Positions 20,602 to 31,010 of a stretch of 64,000 nucleotides of DNA are shown one piece after another (the first letter of the stretch is position 1; each line of letters begins with the position of its first letter). The notes below the pieces were generated by a model. It searched no databases. It saw only the letters and a list, made by a program, of their open reading frames with translations, and was not told the DNA's origin. The stretch spans positions 180,788-244,787 of the forward strand of contig JBBRSP010000007.1 of assembly GCA_038245295.1 (NCBI GenBank), in the 5' to 3' direction. The DNA comes from Candidatus Binatia bacterium (GTDB lineage: Bacteria; Desulfobacterota; Binatia; HRBIN30). Both the position numbers and the translations under genes were made by a program.

Positions 20602-21015
20602 ATGGCCCACGTGACGGTAAAAGGTGAGATCAACGTTCCAGTCGAACGCCTATGGGCGGTGGTTGCCGACTTCGGCAGTGTTGGCTGGATCCCCGGTGGC
20701 GAGACGGCCCGCGTCGAAGGCAACGGCCCTGGGATGGTGCGGATGTTCGGTGGTGGCAGCACCGAGATTCGCGAACGTCTGGAGAGTCGTGACGACGCGA
20801 TGCGCACCATCGTCTACACCATCCCGCAGGGCCTCCCGATGCCCATCACCGGCTACCGCGCCACGATGGTCGTGCGCCCCGCCGGCGCCGGCAGCGAGTT
20901 GGAATGGTCATGCACCTTCGAACCGGATGGCGTAACCGAGGCCGAAGCCAAGGCTCAAGTCGAGGGGCTCTACGGCATGATGATCGGTTGGATCCGCGAT
21001 TTCGTAACTCGCTGA
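20602..21015 (+). CDS. SRPBCC / polyketide cyclase 2 family protein
   Basis: LWAVVADFG..WIPG, G.GPGMVR, IRERL, LEWSCTF. Confidence 0.85.
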   Translation: MAHVTVKGEINVPVERLWAVVADFGSVGWIPGGETARVEGNGPGMVRMFGGGSTEIRERLESRDDAMRTIVYTIPQGLPMPITGYRATMVVRPAGAGSELEWSCTFEPDGVTEAEAKAQVEGLYGMMIGWIRDFVTR

Positions 21016-21104
21016 GCGCCCGCGAACCCGGCACGCCGGCAGGCGCAAGCTTCCGCTTGCGGCGGAAAATCCAAGACGAACCGGGCATCCGGCGCAGGCT
21101 GAAG

Positions 21105-21261
21105 GAGGCTGCCTCAAAACATAGGCTCACCCTTCGTCCTTCGACAAGCTCAGGATGAGCGGGGCTCAGGGCGAGCGGACAAAATGTCTTTGAAAATCAA
21201 CCAAGCACCCGCTCAGGCTGAGCCTGTCGAAGCCGGCTCCGCAAGGTTTTGAGACAGCCTC
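21105..21261 (+). mobile_element. 157-bp MITE, copy 1
   Basis: TIRs GAGGCTGCCTCAAAA / TTTTGAGACAGCCTC; flanked by TGAAG on both sides inside a CGCAGGC...CCTGCG hairpin. Confidence 0.9.
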
Positions 21262-21305
21262 TGAAGACCTGCGCCCACCTCTCCCACCGGTGCCAAGTTT
21301 CCGGT

Positions 21306-21339
21306 TGCATTTAGTTTAATATTTTGACAACTATTTGCA
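21306..21339. promoter_or_regulatory. AT-rich promoter/operator of the VOC-ArsR-SRPBCC operon
   Basis: Imperfect IR TGCAttTAGTT...AACTAttTGCA enclosing TTGACA. Confidence 0.45.
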
Positions 21340-21361
21340 CATTCAAGAAAGGAGTGGATTC

Positions 21362-21823
21362 ATGGCAACCAATGTGACGCGCGCTTCCTTGTCTTCCGCC
21401 TTGTGTTATCGGGATCCCAAAGCCGCGCTGGAGTGGCTGCAGAAGGCCTTCGGCTTTGAGACCTTCATGGTGATCACCGACAACGACGGCAATCTGGCGC
21501 ACTCGGAGATGCGCTTCGGCAACGGCGTGCTCATGGTCGGCAACGAGTGGACGGCGCAACACAAGAGCCCGAAGTCGATCCAAGGTTTCAATACACAGAC
21601 CGTGCACGTGCACCTCGACGCCGACATCAACAAACACTGCGAACAGGCGCGGGCCGCCGGCGCCGTAATCATACAAGAGCCCGAAGACCAGTTTTACGGC
21701 GATCGTACCTATCGTGCTGCCGACCCGGAGGGGCACATCTGGACCTTCGGTCAAACCCTGCGTGTCGTCTCGCGTGAAGATGCCGAGAAGGCCAGCGGCC
21801 TGAAGATCGACGGATGGGTCTGA
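21362..21823 (+). CDS. VOC/glyoxalase (PhnB-like) family protein
   Basis: YRDPKAALEWLQKAFG, HSEMRFG, DQFYGDR..DPEGHIW; AAGGAG RBS. Confidence 0.9.
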   Translation: MATNVTRASLSSALCYRDPKAALEWLQKAFGFETFMVITDNDGNLAHSEMRFGNGVLMVGNEWTAQHKSPKSIQGFNTQTVHVHLDADINKHCEQARAAGAVIIQEPEDQFYGDRTYRAADPEGHIWTFGQTLRVVSREDAEKASGLKIDGWV

Positions 21824-22161
21824 AAGCCGCCAAACGACTCGACAGCACCTTCGCGGCGCTGGCGGATCCGTATCGCCGGCGCGTCGTCGATCTCCTACGC
21901 GAGAGCCCTCGACGCGCCGGCGAGCTGGCTGAGCTCACCGGCCTGCCGCCGGCCGCCATGAGTCGCCACTTGCGCACCCTGCGTCGCAGCGGCGTCGTCG
22001 AAGAGTCGCATCCCGACTTCGACGCGCGCGTCCGCATCTATGCTCTGAAGCCGGAGTTCATGGCTGACCTCAAGGCGTGGCTAAAGGAGACCGAAGCGCT
22101 GTGGACCAAGCAACTGCTGCACCTCAAGCAGAGCATCGAGGACGAGGAGGCCGACGCATGA
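21814..22161 (+). CDS. ArsR/SmtB-family transcriptional regulator
   Basis: FAALADPYRRR, AGELA, MSRHLRTL..SG. Confidence 0.9.
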   Translation: MGLKAAKRLDSTFAALADPYRRRVVDLLRESPRRAGELAELTGLPPAAMSRHLRTLRRSGVVEESHPDFDARVRIYALKPEFMADLKAWLKETEALWTKQLLHLKQSIEDEEADA

Positions 22162-22646
22162 CGTCGTCCGTCCTCGTCGCCCTGCGTATCAAGGCAGCCC
22201 CGGCGCGCGTCTTCGACGCCTTTACTCGCGATATCTCGTCCTGGTGGGTGCCGAACACGCTCTTCCGCTTCACCAAGGGCAAGCCCGGCCGACTCGCGTT
22301 CGAGGCCGGCGTCGGCGGCCGCCTTACCGAAACCTCGGCGAGCGGCGATGTCTTCGAGATCGGTACCATCAAGGTCTGGAAGCCAGGACACGCCTTGGTG
22401 TTTTCGTGGCGTCAGGCAACCTTCAACAACGAGCAGAACACCGAGGTCGACGTCCGTTTCGAGCCTGTTGGCGACGAAACTCGCGTCACCGTGACACACC
22501 GGGGTTGGGACAGCGTACCGGCCGACCATGTCGCGCGACATACCTTCCCCGACGCGATCTTCCTGCGCCGACATGCGGAGTGGTGGGTCACCTTGCTCGA
22601 TTCACTCTCCGGTTCGTGTAACCTCGCTCCTGCGTCTAGCGTGTAA
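22158..22646 (+). CDS. SRPBCC (AHSA1-like) domain protein
   Basis: RVFDAFT..I..WW, EAGVGGR, TEVDVRFEP...TRVTVTHRGWD; ATGA overlap. Confidence 0.88.
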   Translation: MTSSVLVALRIKAAPARVFDAFTRDISSWWVPNTLFRFTKGKPGRLAFEAGVGGRLTETSASGDVFEIGTIKVWKPGHALVFSWRQATFNNEQNTEVDVRFEPVGDETRVTVTHRGWDSVPADHVARHTFPDAIFLRRHAEWWVTLLDSLSGSCNLAPASSV

Positions 22647-22665
22647 CGAGAAACATGGAGGCAGG

Positions 22666-23091
22666 ATGCAACAATCGTTACGCCTATCACACGTAGTGTT
22701 CGACGGGTGGACCATCGTCCTCGGTCTGTTCGCCCTGTCGAATCTGATCAACGGTGCCTGGATGCTCGCCAACCCGACGCACTGGTACTACACGTTGCCG
22801 GCGAACGTGCCCGACTTCGGCCCGCTCAACGAACACTTCGTGCGCGACATCGGCAGCATCTTCACCTTGCTAGGACTCGGACTCGGCATCGCTGCCGCCG
22901 TGCCGTCGTGGCGCGTCGCCGCGTGCGCCGCGGCAGCGGGATTCTCGGTGTTGCACGCCTTCGTGCATGTCCTCGACACCGCGCGCGGTCTGGTCGGCCC
23001 CGAGCACTGGTGGATCGACATGCCCGGTGTCTATGCGCCGGCGATCGTCCTCTCCCTAGTCACCATTTGGGTGGCGCGTACATCGCGTTGA
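22666..23091 (+). CDS. Hypothetical membrane protein (GP.NEHFVRDIG motif)
   Basis: About four TM segments; GGAGG RBS. Confidence 0.75.
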   Translation: MQQSLRLSHVVFDGWTIVLGLFALSNLINGAWMLANPTHWYYTLPANVPDFGPLNEHFVRDIGSIFTLLGLGLGIAAAVPSWRVAACAAAAGFSVLHAFVHVLDTARGLVGPEHWWIDMPGVYAPAIVLSLVTIWVARTSR

Positions 23092-23095
23092 AGCG

Positions 23096-23506
23096 ATGCA
23101 CGCAGAGACTCGCCCTCTGACAGCCAGGCGCATCGCCGCGGCGGTAGCCTTCGGACTGTTCCTGGCGACCTTGCCGTTCTGGCCCTACTTGGTGGCGCTG
23201 CGGGCCATCGAGCCACACACCGACCACGCGCCGCGACACGGTGGACAACTTGCCATGGTCGGGGATCATCACATCGAGGTCGTGCGCCGGCGCGGCCTCG
23301 TCGAAGTCTTCGTCAGCGATGCGCAGCGCCGCCCGGTCGACGCCGCCGGCTGCTGGCTGGTGTTCGACAATACAGAAAAGGTGGCTCTTGAACCCGCCAA
23401 CGATCGTTGGCGCGCCGTCGATCGTCCCGCGGCACGCGAGATCGAGGCAACCATGTTGCTCGTGGACGGTACGCGATTGGCAATGGAGTTCGACTTTTCG
23501 CCGTAG
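23096..23506 (+). CDS. Hypothetical membrane-anchored protein with a His-rich, possibly metal-binding motif
   Basis: N-terminal TM, then PHTDHAPRHGG...DHHIEVV...VFVSDA. Confidence 0.7.
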   Translation: MHAETRPLTARRIAAAVAFGLFLATLPFWPYLVALRAIEPHTDHAPRHGGQLAMVGDHHIEVVRRRGLVEVFVSDAQRRPVDAAGCWLVFDNTEKVALEPANDRWRAVDRPAAREIEATMLLVDGTRLAMEFDFSP

Positions 23507-23514
23507 GCGGTGGC

Positions 23515-23646
23515 AAGCCGACGAACTTCCACCCGCATGGGACCCTGAACGACCTACGGCATTTGCCATGCGGTCATCTCAACCGGCCAAAATCGATGCT
23601 GCCGATCGGCATCGGTGACGCATCAGGAAGCCCCAGGACGGGCTTT
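23515..23646. ncRNA. Candidate structured RNA 1 (unassigned)
   Basis: Multi-branched pairing found by eye in a 400-bp gap between convergent genes. Confidence 0.3.
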
Positions 23647-23753
23647 CGGCGGTCGGGATGGCTCTACCTACGCACGCAAATTCAACGTTTTTAGGCAATC
23701 TTGCGAGCGGGGCATTGAAATCAAAGGAGAATTTCTGCGCGCAGGGGTGGTTT

Positions 23754-23879
23754 GCTCCGCCCTCCCGAGGCATCGAGAAGCCCCGGCACTCTTCGTCCGA
23801 TAGCACCAGTCCGCCAACCCACGGCGAGGTGCGGCTCCGGGGGTAAACCGGCGCGGTGAAGTCGAGATGTAGGAGGAGC
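23754..23879. ncRNA. Candidate structured RNA 2 (unassigned)
   Basis: Ends GCTCC/GGAGC pair; nested stems GCATC/GATGT, GCCCCGG/CCGGGGG, GCACC/GGTGC. Confidence 0.3.
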
Positions 23880-23912
23880 GACGGCGACGACGGAAGCCGA
23901 AGCCGACAGAGA

Positions 23913-24128
23913 TCAGGAGGCTTTTGCCAGCTTCGGTCGAACCGGCGCCTTGACGACCTTCCCGGAGACGATGCACTGAGTGCAGGCGACGATGCGACGG
24001 GTGCCGCCGTTGATCGACGCACGCACGGGCTGCAAGTTCGGCTTCCACAGGCGCCGGGTCTTGTTGTTGGCGTGGCTGACCGAATTGCCGGTCGATGAAT
24101 GCTTTCCGCAAATGTCACAAGAGCGCAT
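23913..24128 (-). CDS. rpmB: 50S ribosomal protein L28 (zinc-binding, Cys-containing form)
   Basis: [25 protein letters not shown]...CTQC. Confidence 0.95.
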   Translation of the reverse strand: MRSCDICGKHSSTGNSVSHANNKTRRLWKPNLQPVRASINGGTRRIVACTQCIVSGKVVKAPVRPKLAKAS

Positions 24129-24218
24129 GATGGAAGACCTCCAAGGGCCGCGCAGAGCTAGCCAAGCCATCAAGCGGCGTCAAGGCGCCGCGGTCCTCTG
24201 GGTGTCCACGCTCAGGGG

Positions 24219-25447
<1,229 letters not shown>

Positions 25448-25451
<4 letters not shown>

Positions 25452-26179
25452 GACTGTGCCACCGCCACGCTGGCGGCCAACCGCCGTGGGTTCGGGTTTA
25501 CATCATCCGCAATCACTTGCCCGTCGCGAAACGTGATGTGGCGCGCCGCATAGGCAGCGATGTCCGGCTCGTGTGTCACCAAGACGATGGTGATGCCATG
25601 GCGCGTGTGCAGGTTGACCAGAATCGCCATGATCTCGAGGCTCATCTGCGTATCGAGATTGCCCGTCGGCTCGTCAGCCAACAGCAGCGACGGATTATTC
25701 ACCAGAGCGCGCGCGATGGCGACGCGCTGCTGCTGTCCGCCCGACAGCTGGCCCGGCAGGTGATCTTCACGGCCGGCAAGACCGACCGCCGCCAGGGCGG
25801 CGCGGGCGCGCGTGCGTTGATCGCGAAACGACACACCGGCGTAGATCAGCGGCAACTCGACGTTCTCCGTCGCGGTTGAACGACCAAGAAGATTGAATCC
25901 TTGGAAGACGAAGCCGATTTTGTCGCCGCGCAAGCTGGCACGTTCGTCACCCGACATCGCCGACGCTTCCTGCCCATCGATACGATAGGTGCCGCGCGTC
26001 GGCTGGTCGAGACATCCGACGATGTTCATGAACGTCGATTTGCCCGACCCGGACGCTCCCATGATGGCGACAAATTCGCCCGTCGCGATATCGATTGAAA
26101 CCCCGCGTAACGCGTCGACGCGCTGCGTCCCGAGCTCATATGATTTCCATACATCGCGTAGTTCGAGGAGAGCCGGCAT
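25448..26179 (-). CDS. ABC transporter ATP-binding protein (MacB/LolD-like)
   Basis: [31 protein letters not shown]. Confidence 0.96.
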
Positions 26180-26188
26180 CGCTGCTCC

Positions 26189-27475
26189 CTAGAAGCGCCG
26201 CCCACCGGCGAATGACGGCGGCTTCCCGGCGCCTGCCGCGGGTGCGGCGCTGGCATCGCGTTGCAACGCCACCGCAACCTGATCGCCGTCCTTCAGTTCG
26301 CCACCAAGAACCTCGGCGCTCTGTGAATCGCGGATGCCGACCTGGACCGGCACGGCACGTGGCGAACCGTCGCCACCGACTACGTAGACCGTCGGTTGCT
26401 CGGCGGCTTTTTCTGCCTTGCCGCGGCCGCCACCTGGTGCTGCGGGCTTGGCGCCCTCCTTTGTACTCTCGGGACGGAAACGGAGAGCACGCAAAGGTAC
26501 CCGCAGGACGTTGTCACGCTTCGCCGTGGTAATGGAAACATTCGCCGTCATACCAGGCTTCAACTTGAGGTCGGGATTGTCGACGGCCACAACGACGTCG
26601 TACGTCACCACGTTCGCGACCGTGAGTGGCGCGTTGCGCACCTGGGCCACCTCGGCGCGAAACATCTCGCCGGGGTATGCGTCGACCGAAAAGGTAGCGT
26701 GTTGTCCCTGGCTGACATTGCCGACGTCGGCCTCGCTGACATTCGAGTCTACCTGCATTTTCGTCAGATCTTCGGCAATCAGGAACAACGTCGGCGTCTG
26801 GAAGCTGGCGGCAACGGTCTGGCCGACATCGACGTTGCGCGACACGACGACGCCGTCCACCGGCGATAGAATTTCCGTGTACCGGAAGTTTACCTGCGAT
26901 TCTTCCAGGCTCGCCTGCGCCTGCTTGATGCCGGCCAGGTCGACCGCGAGTTGCGCGTCGGCCTGATCGTAATTGCTGCGCGCCGTATCGAGATCATTCT
27001 GGGCGATCAGTTTGCGCGTCAGAAGCTCCTGATTGCGCTCTAGTTGGAGCTTCTTGAAGACGAGGTCGGCACGGTCCTTTTGCACGCGCGCTTCGGCATT
27101 GGCGAGGTTGCCCTCGGCTTGGCGAACTTTGACGATAAACGTCGCGGCGTCGATCTTGGCGACGCGTTGGCCCTTCTTCACCGGCGAATTGAAGTCGACA
27201 TCGATGGCCTGGATCGGGCCGGAAACGTAGGTTCCCACTTGCACGGTCTTGACCGGATTGACCGTGCCCGTGGCGGTGATGATGCGCTCGACCTTGCCAC
27301 GGTCGACCGCCGCCGTGACGTAATGTGTTTCCCCATCGGAGTCGCGGTGCGAGTAGATCCAATAGCCCCATCCAGCACTGCCGAGGGCCAGAAGAATGAC
27401 CAGCACCGTCACCAGGCGGCGCACGCGTCGCCGCTTCGGCTGTGCCGTAATGATCGGGTCGCTGCTCGTACTCAT
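26189..27475 (-). CDS. MacA-like periplasmic adaptor subunit
   Basis: VQVGTYVSG, SPVDGVVVSRNVDVGQTVAASFQTPTLF, LKPGMTA. Confidence 0.95.
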   Translation of the reverse strand: MSTSSDPIITAQPKRRRVRRLVTVLVILLALGSAGWGYWIYSHRDSDGETHYVTAAVDRGKVERIITATGTVNPVKTVQVGTYVSGPIQAIDVDFNSPVKKGQRVAKIDAATFIVKVRQAEGNLANAEARVQKDRADLVFKKLQLERNQELLTRKLIAQNDLDTARSNYDQADAQLAVDLAGIKQAQASLEESQVNFRYTEILSPVDGVVVSRNVDVGQTVAASFQTPTLFLIAEDLTKMQVDSNVSEADVGNVSQGQHATFSVDAYPGEMFRAEVAQVRNAPLTVANVVTYDVVVAVDNPDLKLKPGMTANVSITTAKRDNVLRVPLRALRFRPESTKEGAKPAAPGGGRGKAEKAAEQPTVYVVGGDGSPRAVPVQVGIRDSQSAEVLGGELKDGDQVAVALQRDASAAPAAGAGKPPSFAGGRRF

Positions 27476-27481
27476 TCTCCC

Positions 27482-28783
27482 TCACTCCCTGACGAACGGA
27501 TGTGCGGTGGCGCGCTCGAGCGCCGCCAGCGTGGTGCGGTAGTTGGCGAGCGACTGAACGCGATTGGCCTCGGCATTGGAAAGCGAAGTCTGCGCGTCCG
27601 TCAGCTCGATCATCGACCCGACCCCGGTGGAGTATCGCCCTTCCGCCAGCTCTAGATTCTCACGCGCCTGCTGCAGGCCCTTGTTGGCGACGCGTAGGCT
27701 CTCCGCCGCCTGATGCAGATTGAGCGTCGCCTGCCGTACTTCCAGAGTAATGTTCTGTCGCAGCGACTCGCGATCCGCCTGCAGCTTGCTGAGGTTGGCT
27801 TTGGCTTCGCCGACTTGAGCCGTGGTCAAGCCGCCGTTGAAGACCGAGATGTTCACGGTCGCTCCCACATTCCAGCTGTCGGTCAACGGGAAGTCGGAAC
27901 CGGTCCAATTGTACGCCCCATTGCCGCTGAGCTTGGGAAAGTAGTCCTTCTGGATTGCCGAAATCTGCTCACTTGCCGCCTCTTCTTGCGCCATGGCGCT
28001 GCGCAGCTCCGGACGATTTTTCTCGGCGAGCGCAACCGCATCTTTCTCGGCGATCGGCCGGATTGGCTCCTCGAGCACGTCGACGATGTCGAAATCGAGC
28101 GGCACCACTAGGCCCATGGCGTTGCGCAGCGTCTCGCGGCCCAGGTCAACGTTGTTGCGTGCCGTCACCTGGCTGAGCTCCGCATTGGCCAACTGCACCT
28201 GGGCCTGAGTAACTTCGATTCGTGCGGCGTAACCGACGTCGAAGCGCCCCTGGGCGACGTCGAGATGCCGTTGGCTCTGCGCCACCGTCTCTTCCGCCAC
28301 ATCACGCAGGCGATATGCCGTCAGCAGCCCGAAGTATGCCTCTTCGACCCGGAAGACGACGGCATCATGCTGCGTTGCGGCGTCGGCATCGGCGGCGTTT
28401 ACCAATGCTTGCGAGCGGTGAATCAAGGCGAGGTTTTGGCCAAAGTCGAACAACACCTGCGACAACGAGACGCCGCTGGAATAGAAGTTGAAGGTTTGCG
28501 AACGACTGCCGAGGCTGCTGCTACCGGTGAGGCTGCCGGCGCTGGCGTGACGGCGGTTGACGGCAAACGAACCGCCGACCTGCGGCAGGTAGGCCGCGGC
28601 ACTTTCCCACACGCGTTCGCGAGCCGCTTCCACCGATGCGGCAGACGAAGCCAACAACGGCTGCTGACGGATGGCGATTTCGATGCACTCTTGTAACGTC
28701 TTCCGCGGCAGCGCGTCGCTAGCGGCGACACAGGGACGAACCAGCGTCGCGAGTAGGGCGATAAGTAGTGTGGTTCGTATCAC
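27482..28783 (-). CDS. TolC-family outer membrane efflux protein
   Basis: Signal peptide; YLPQV, LFDFG, RFDVG and RYSTG repeats; first gene of the exporter operon. Confidence 0.93.
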   Translation of the reverse strand: MIRTTLLIALLATLVRPCVAASDALPRKTLQECIEIAIRQQPLLASSAASVEAARERVWESAAAYLPQVGGSFAVNRRHASAGSLTGSSSLGSRSQTFNFYSSGVSLSQVLFDFGQNLALIHRSQALVNAADADAATQHDAVVFRVEEAYFGLLTAYRLRDVAEETVAQSQRHLDVAQGRFDVGYAARIEVTQAQVQLANAELSQVTARNNVDLGRETLRNAMGLVVPLDFDIVDVLEEPIRPIAEKDAVALAEKNRPELRSAMAQEEAASEQISAIQKDYFPKLSGNGAYNWTGSDFPLTDSWNVGATVNISVFNGGLTTAQVGEAKANLSKLQADRESLRQNITLEVRQATLNLHQAAESLRVANKGLQQARENLELAEGRYSTGVGSMIELTDAQTSLSNAEANRVQSLANYRTTLAALERATAHPFVRE

Positions 28784-28997
28784 GGCGCTCTCCGTGGTGC
28801 TGGCATGTTACAGCGATATCGGCCGTGAAGAGCGGCTCGATAGTGACGGCAACGAGGTTGCATGGGGGATCTGCTTGCCGCCATCTCGACTACCGACTCA
28901 TGCGTCATAAATCTCTGTGTGACGATGTCGGGTCAATAGTGATTCAATCCTCCAGGGGAAGAAGTTACCGAGGGGGGGGCGGCGCCGTCGAGCCGAT

Positions 28998-29480
28998 TCA
29001 GTCGCCGGGGTGCTTTGCAGCGCGTTGCACAAGGCGCGTCGTCGAATAACCGTCGGCGAACTTGAGGGATCGAACTTTGCCGCCGCGGGCCTTGACGAGA
29101 TCGGCACCGACGATCTGACTCGGCTTCCAGTCGCCACCTTTCACCAGCACATCCGGTTCGAGGCGGTCGATCAACGTGTAGGGCGTCTCGTCGCCGAAGA
29201 TGGTGACGTAGTCGACCATCTCGAGCGCGGCCATGACTTCCGCGCGATCATCCTGCTTGTTGAGGGGACGCGATGGTCCTTTGAGGCGTCTTACCGAAGC
29301 GTCGCTGTTGAGGGCGACAACGAGAACGTCGCCGAGCTTGCGGGCCGCCCGCAAGTAACGCACGTGGCCGGGGTGGATCAGATCGAAGCAGCCGTTGGTG
29401 AAGACGATGCGCTCGCCACGGTGCCGGCGCGCCGCAAGCTGGCGCCGCAGGGCAACCTGGGAGAGAATCTTGCGCGTCAC
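28998..29480 (-). CDS. rfaE2: D-glycero-beta-D-manno-heptose 1-phosphate adenylyltransferase
   Basis: [39 protein letters not shown]. Confidence 0.93.
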   Translation of the reverse strand: MTRKILSQVALRRQLAARRHRGERIVFTNGCFDLIHPGHVRYLRAARKLGDVLVVALNSDASVRRLKGPSRPLNKQDDRAEVMAALEMVDYVTIFGDETPYTLIDRLEPDVLVKGGDWKPSQIVGADLVKARGGKVRSLKFADGYSTTRLVQRAAKHPGD

Positions 29481-29619
29481 GATGTTGCCTCTCGCATGCG
29501 CGCCAAAGCCGGTCAACGCGTTGCGGCGCGCTCCCACGGCCGACGCGCTTTGCCTTTGCTGACGTGAGTGTTAGGAACGCCGCATGCCTGATTACCGGCG
29601 GCGTGCTCTGCGCGAAGCG

Positions 29620-30987
29620 ATGGGTGTGCGGCTCGACGTCAACGGAATCATGTCCGAACTGATCGGCCCGGCCGGGGTTTCGCGCGACGAGTTCGACGCG
29701 CTGAGCCCGCGCCTCTCAGAACTTACACATGCGCTCAAGGGGCGTCGGCAATCCGGCGAGCTCCCTTTCTATGAACTTCCCTACCAGAAGGATCCGCTTG
29801 CCAAGGTCAAAGCTCTCGCCGCCGAAGTCCGACAAGAATGTGATACCCTCGTCGTTCTGGGCATCGGCGGCTCGGCGCTTGGCACCAAGACAATGCTCGA
29901 AGCGCTCGGCATGAATTCGCACCGGGTCATCGTTGCCGACAACGTCGACCCGCACTCGTTCGGCAACCTGATCGATTCACTCGACTTGTCACGCACGACC
30001 TTCAACGTCATCAGCAAATCGGGCGAGACAGCCGAGACGATGGCGCAGTTCCTCATCGTCCGCGACATGCTGCTGCGCACCCTCGGCGCTGTCGACTATA
30101 CACGTCGCGTCGTCATCACCACCGATGCCGAGCACGGGGTTCTGCGACAGATCGTCCACGACGAGGGATTCCGCGACCTGATTGTTCCAGCCGGTGTTGG
30201 TGGTCGTTTTTCGGTGCTGACCCCCGTCGGCCTGTTCCCCGCAGCCGTTGCCGGCATCAACATCGATGAATTGCTTGCCGGCGCGGCATTTGCCGACACG
30301 CGCTGCCAGGAGGACGATGTCTGGAAGAACCCGGCGCATCTGTTCGGCACGTTGATGTATCTGGCCAACACACAACACCACCAGAACATCGTCGTCATGA
30401 TGCCCTATAGCGATCGCCTGCAGCGCTTCAGCGCCTGGTTCGCGCAGCTGTGGGCGGAGAGTCTCGGCAAGGCCACAACACTCGAAGGTCAGCCGGTGCA
30501 CGTCGGGCAAACTCCCGTCGCCGCTCTCGGTGCGACGGATCAACATTCCCAGATGCAACTGTTCGCCGAAGGGCCGGTCGACAAGGTCGTGATCATGCTG
30601 CGCGTCGAGGACCACGGACGCGAGCTGCCGATTCCCGCCGCCTATGCCGATCTAGAAACCCTGAGTTACCTCGGCGGCGCCGGGCTCGGGAAGTTGTTGA
30701 ATCTCGAACAACGCGCCACCGAGTTGGCGCTGACGAAACAGTTGCGGCCCGTGGTGACGTTGTCGCTCGCGCAGGTCAACGCCTTCACGCTCGGCCAATT
30801 ATTCTACCTCTTCGAGGTGGCGACGGTGTTTGCCGGCGGGCTGTATCGGATCAACCCGTTCGATCAGCCGGGAGTCGAAGAAGGCAAACGTCTCACCTAC
30901 GGACAGATGGGGCGCCGCGGTTTTGAAGCGAAGAAAAACGAAGTCGAAGCGCTACTAGCGCGCAAGCGGCCGGAGTACTTGCTCTGA
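29620..30987 (+). CDS. pgi: Glucose-6-phosphate isomerase
   Basis: GIGGSALG, SKSGETAET, GGRFSVL, QLWAESLGK, DQHS, NPFDQPGVE.GK; start 29584 or 29620. Confidence 0.95.
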   Translation: MGVRLDVNGIMSELIGPAGVSRDEFDALSPRLSELTHALKGRRQSGELPFYELPYQKDPLAKVKALAAEVRQECDTLVVLGIGGSALGTKTMLEALGMNSHRVIVADNVDPHSFGNLIDSLDLSRTTFNVISKSGETAETMAQFLIVRDMLLRTLGAVDYTRRVVITTDAEHGVLRQIVHDEGFRDLIVPAGVGGRFSVLTPVGLFPAAVAGINIDELLAGAAFADTRCQEDDVWKNPAHLFGTLMYLANTQHHQNIVVMMPYSDRLQRFSAWFAQLWAESLGKATTLEGQPVHVGQTPVAALGATDQHSQMQLFAEGPVDKVVIMLRVEDHGRELPIPAAYADLETLSYLGGAGLGKLLNLEQRATELALTKQLRPVVTLSLAQVNAFTLGQLFYLFEVATVFAGGLYRINPFDQPGVEEGKRLTYGQMGRRGFEAKKNEVEALLARKRPEYLL

Positions 30988-31010
30988 CCACCGAGCCGGC
31001 CCCGACGTCA

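Noticed and set aside
21105..21261. Autonomous insertion sequence
   Set aside because: It is only 157 bp with no transposase ORF, and I recognised no transposase anywhere in the window.
23507..23912. tRNA, tmRNA, SRP RNA, RNase P RNA or an IS110 bridge RNA
   Set aside because: I found none of their signature motifs and there is no recombinase gene nearby; kept only as unassigned candidates.
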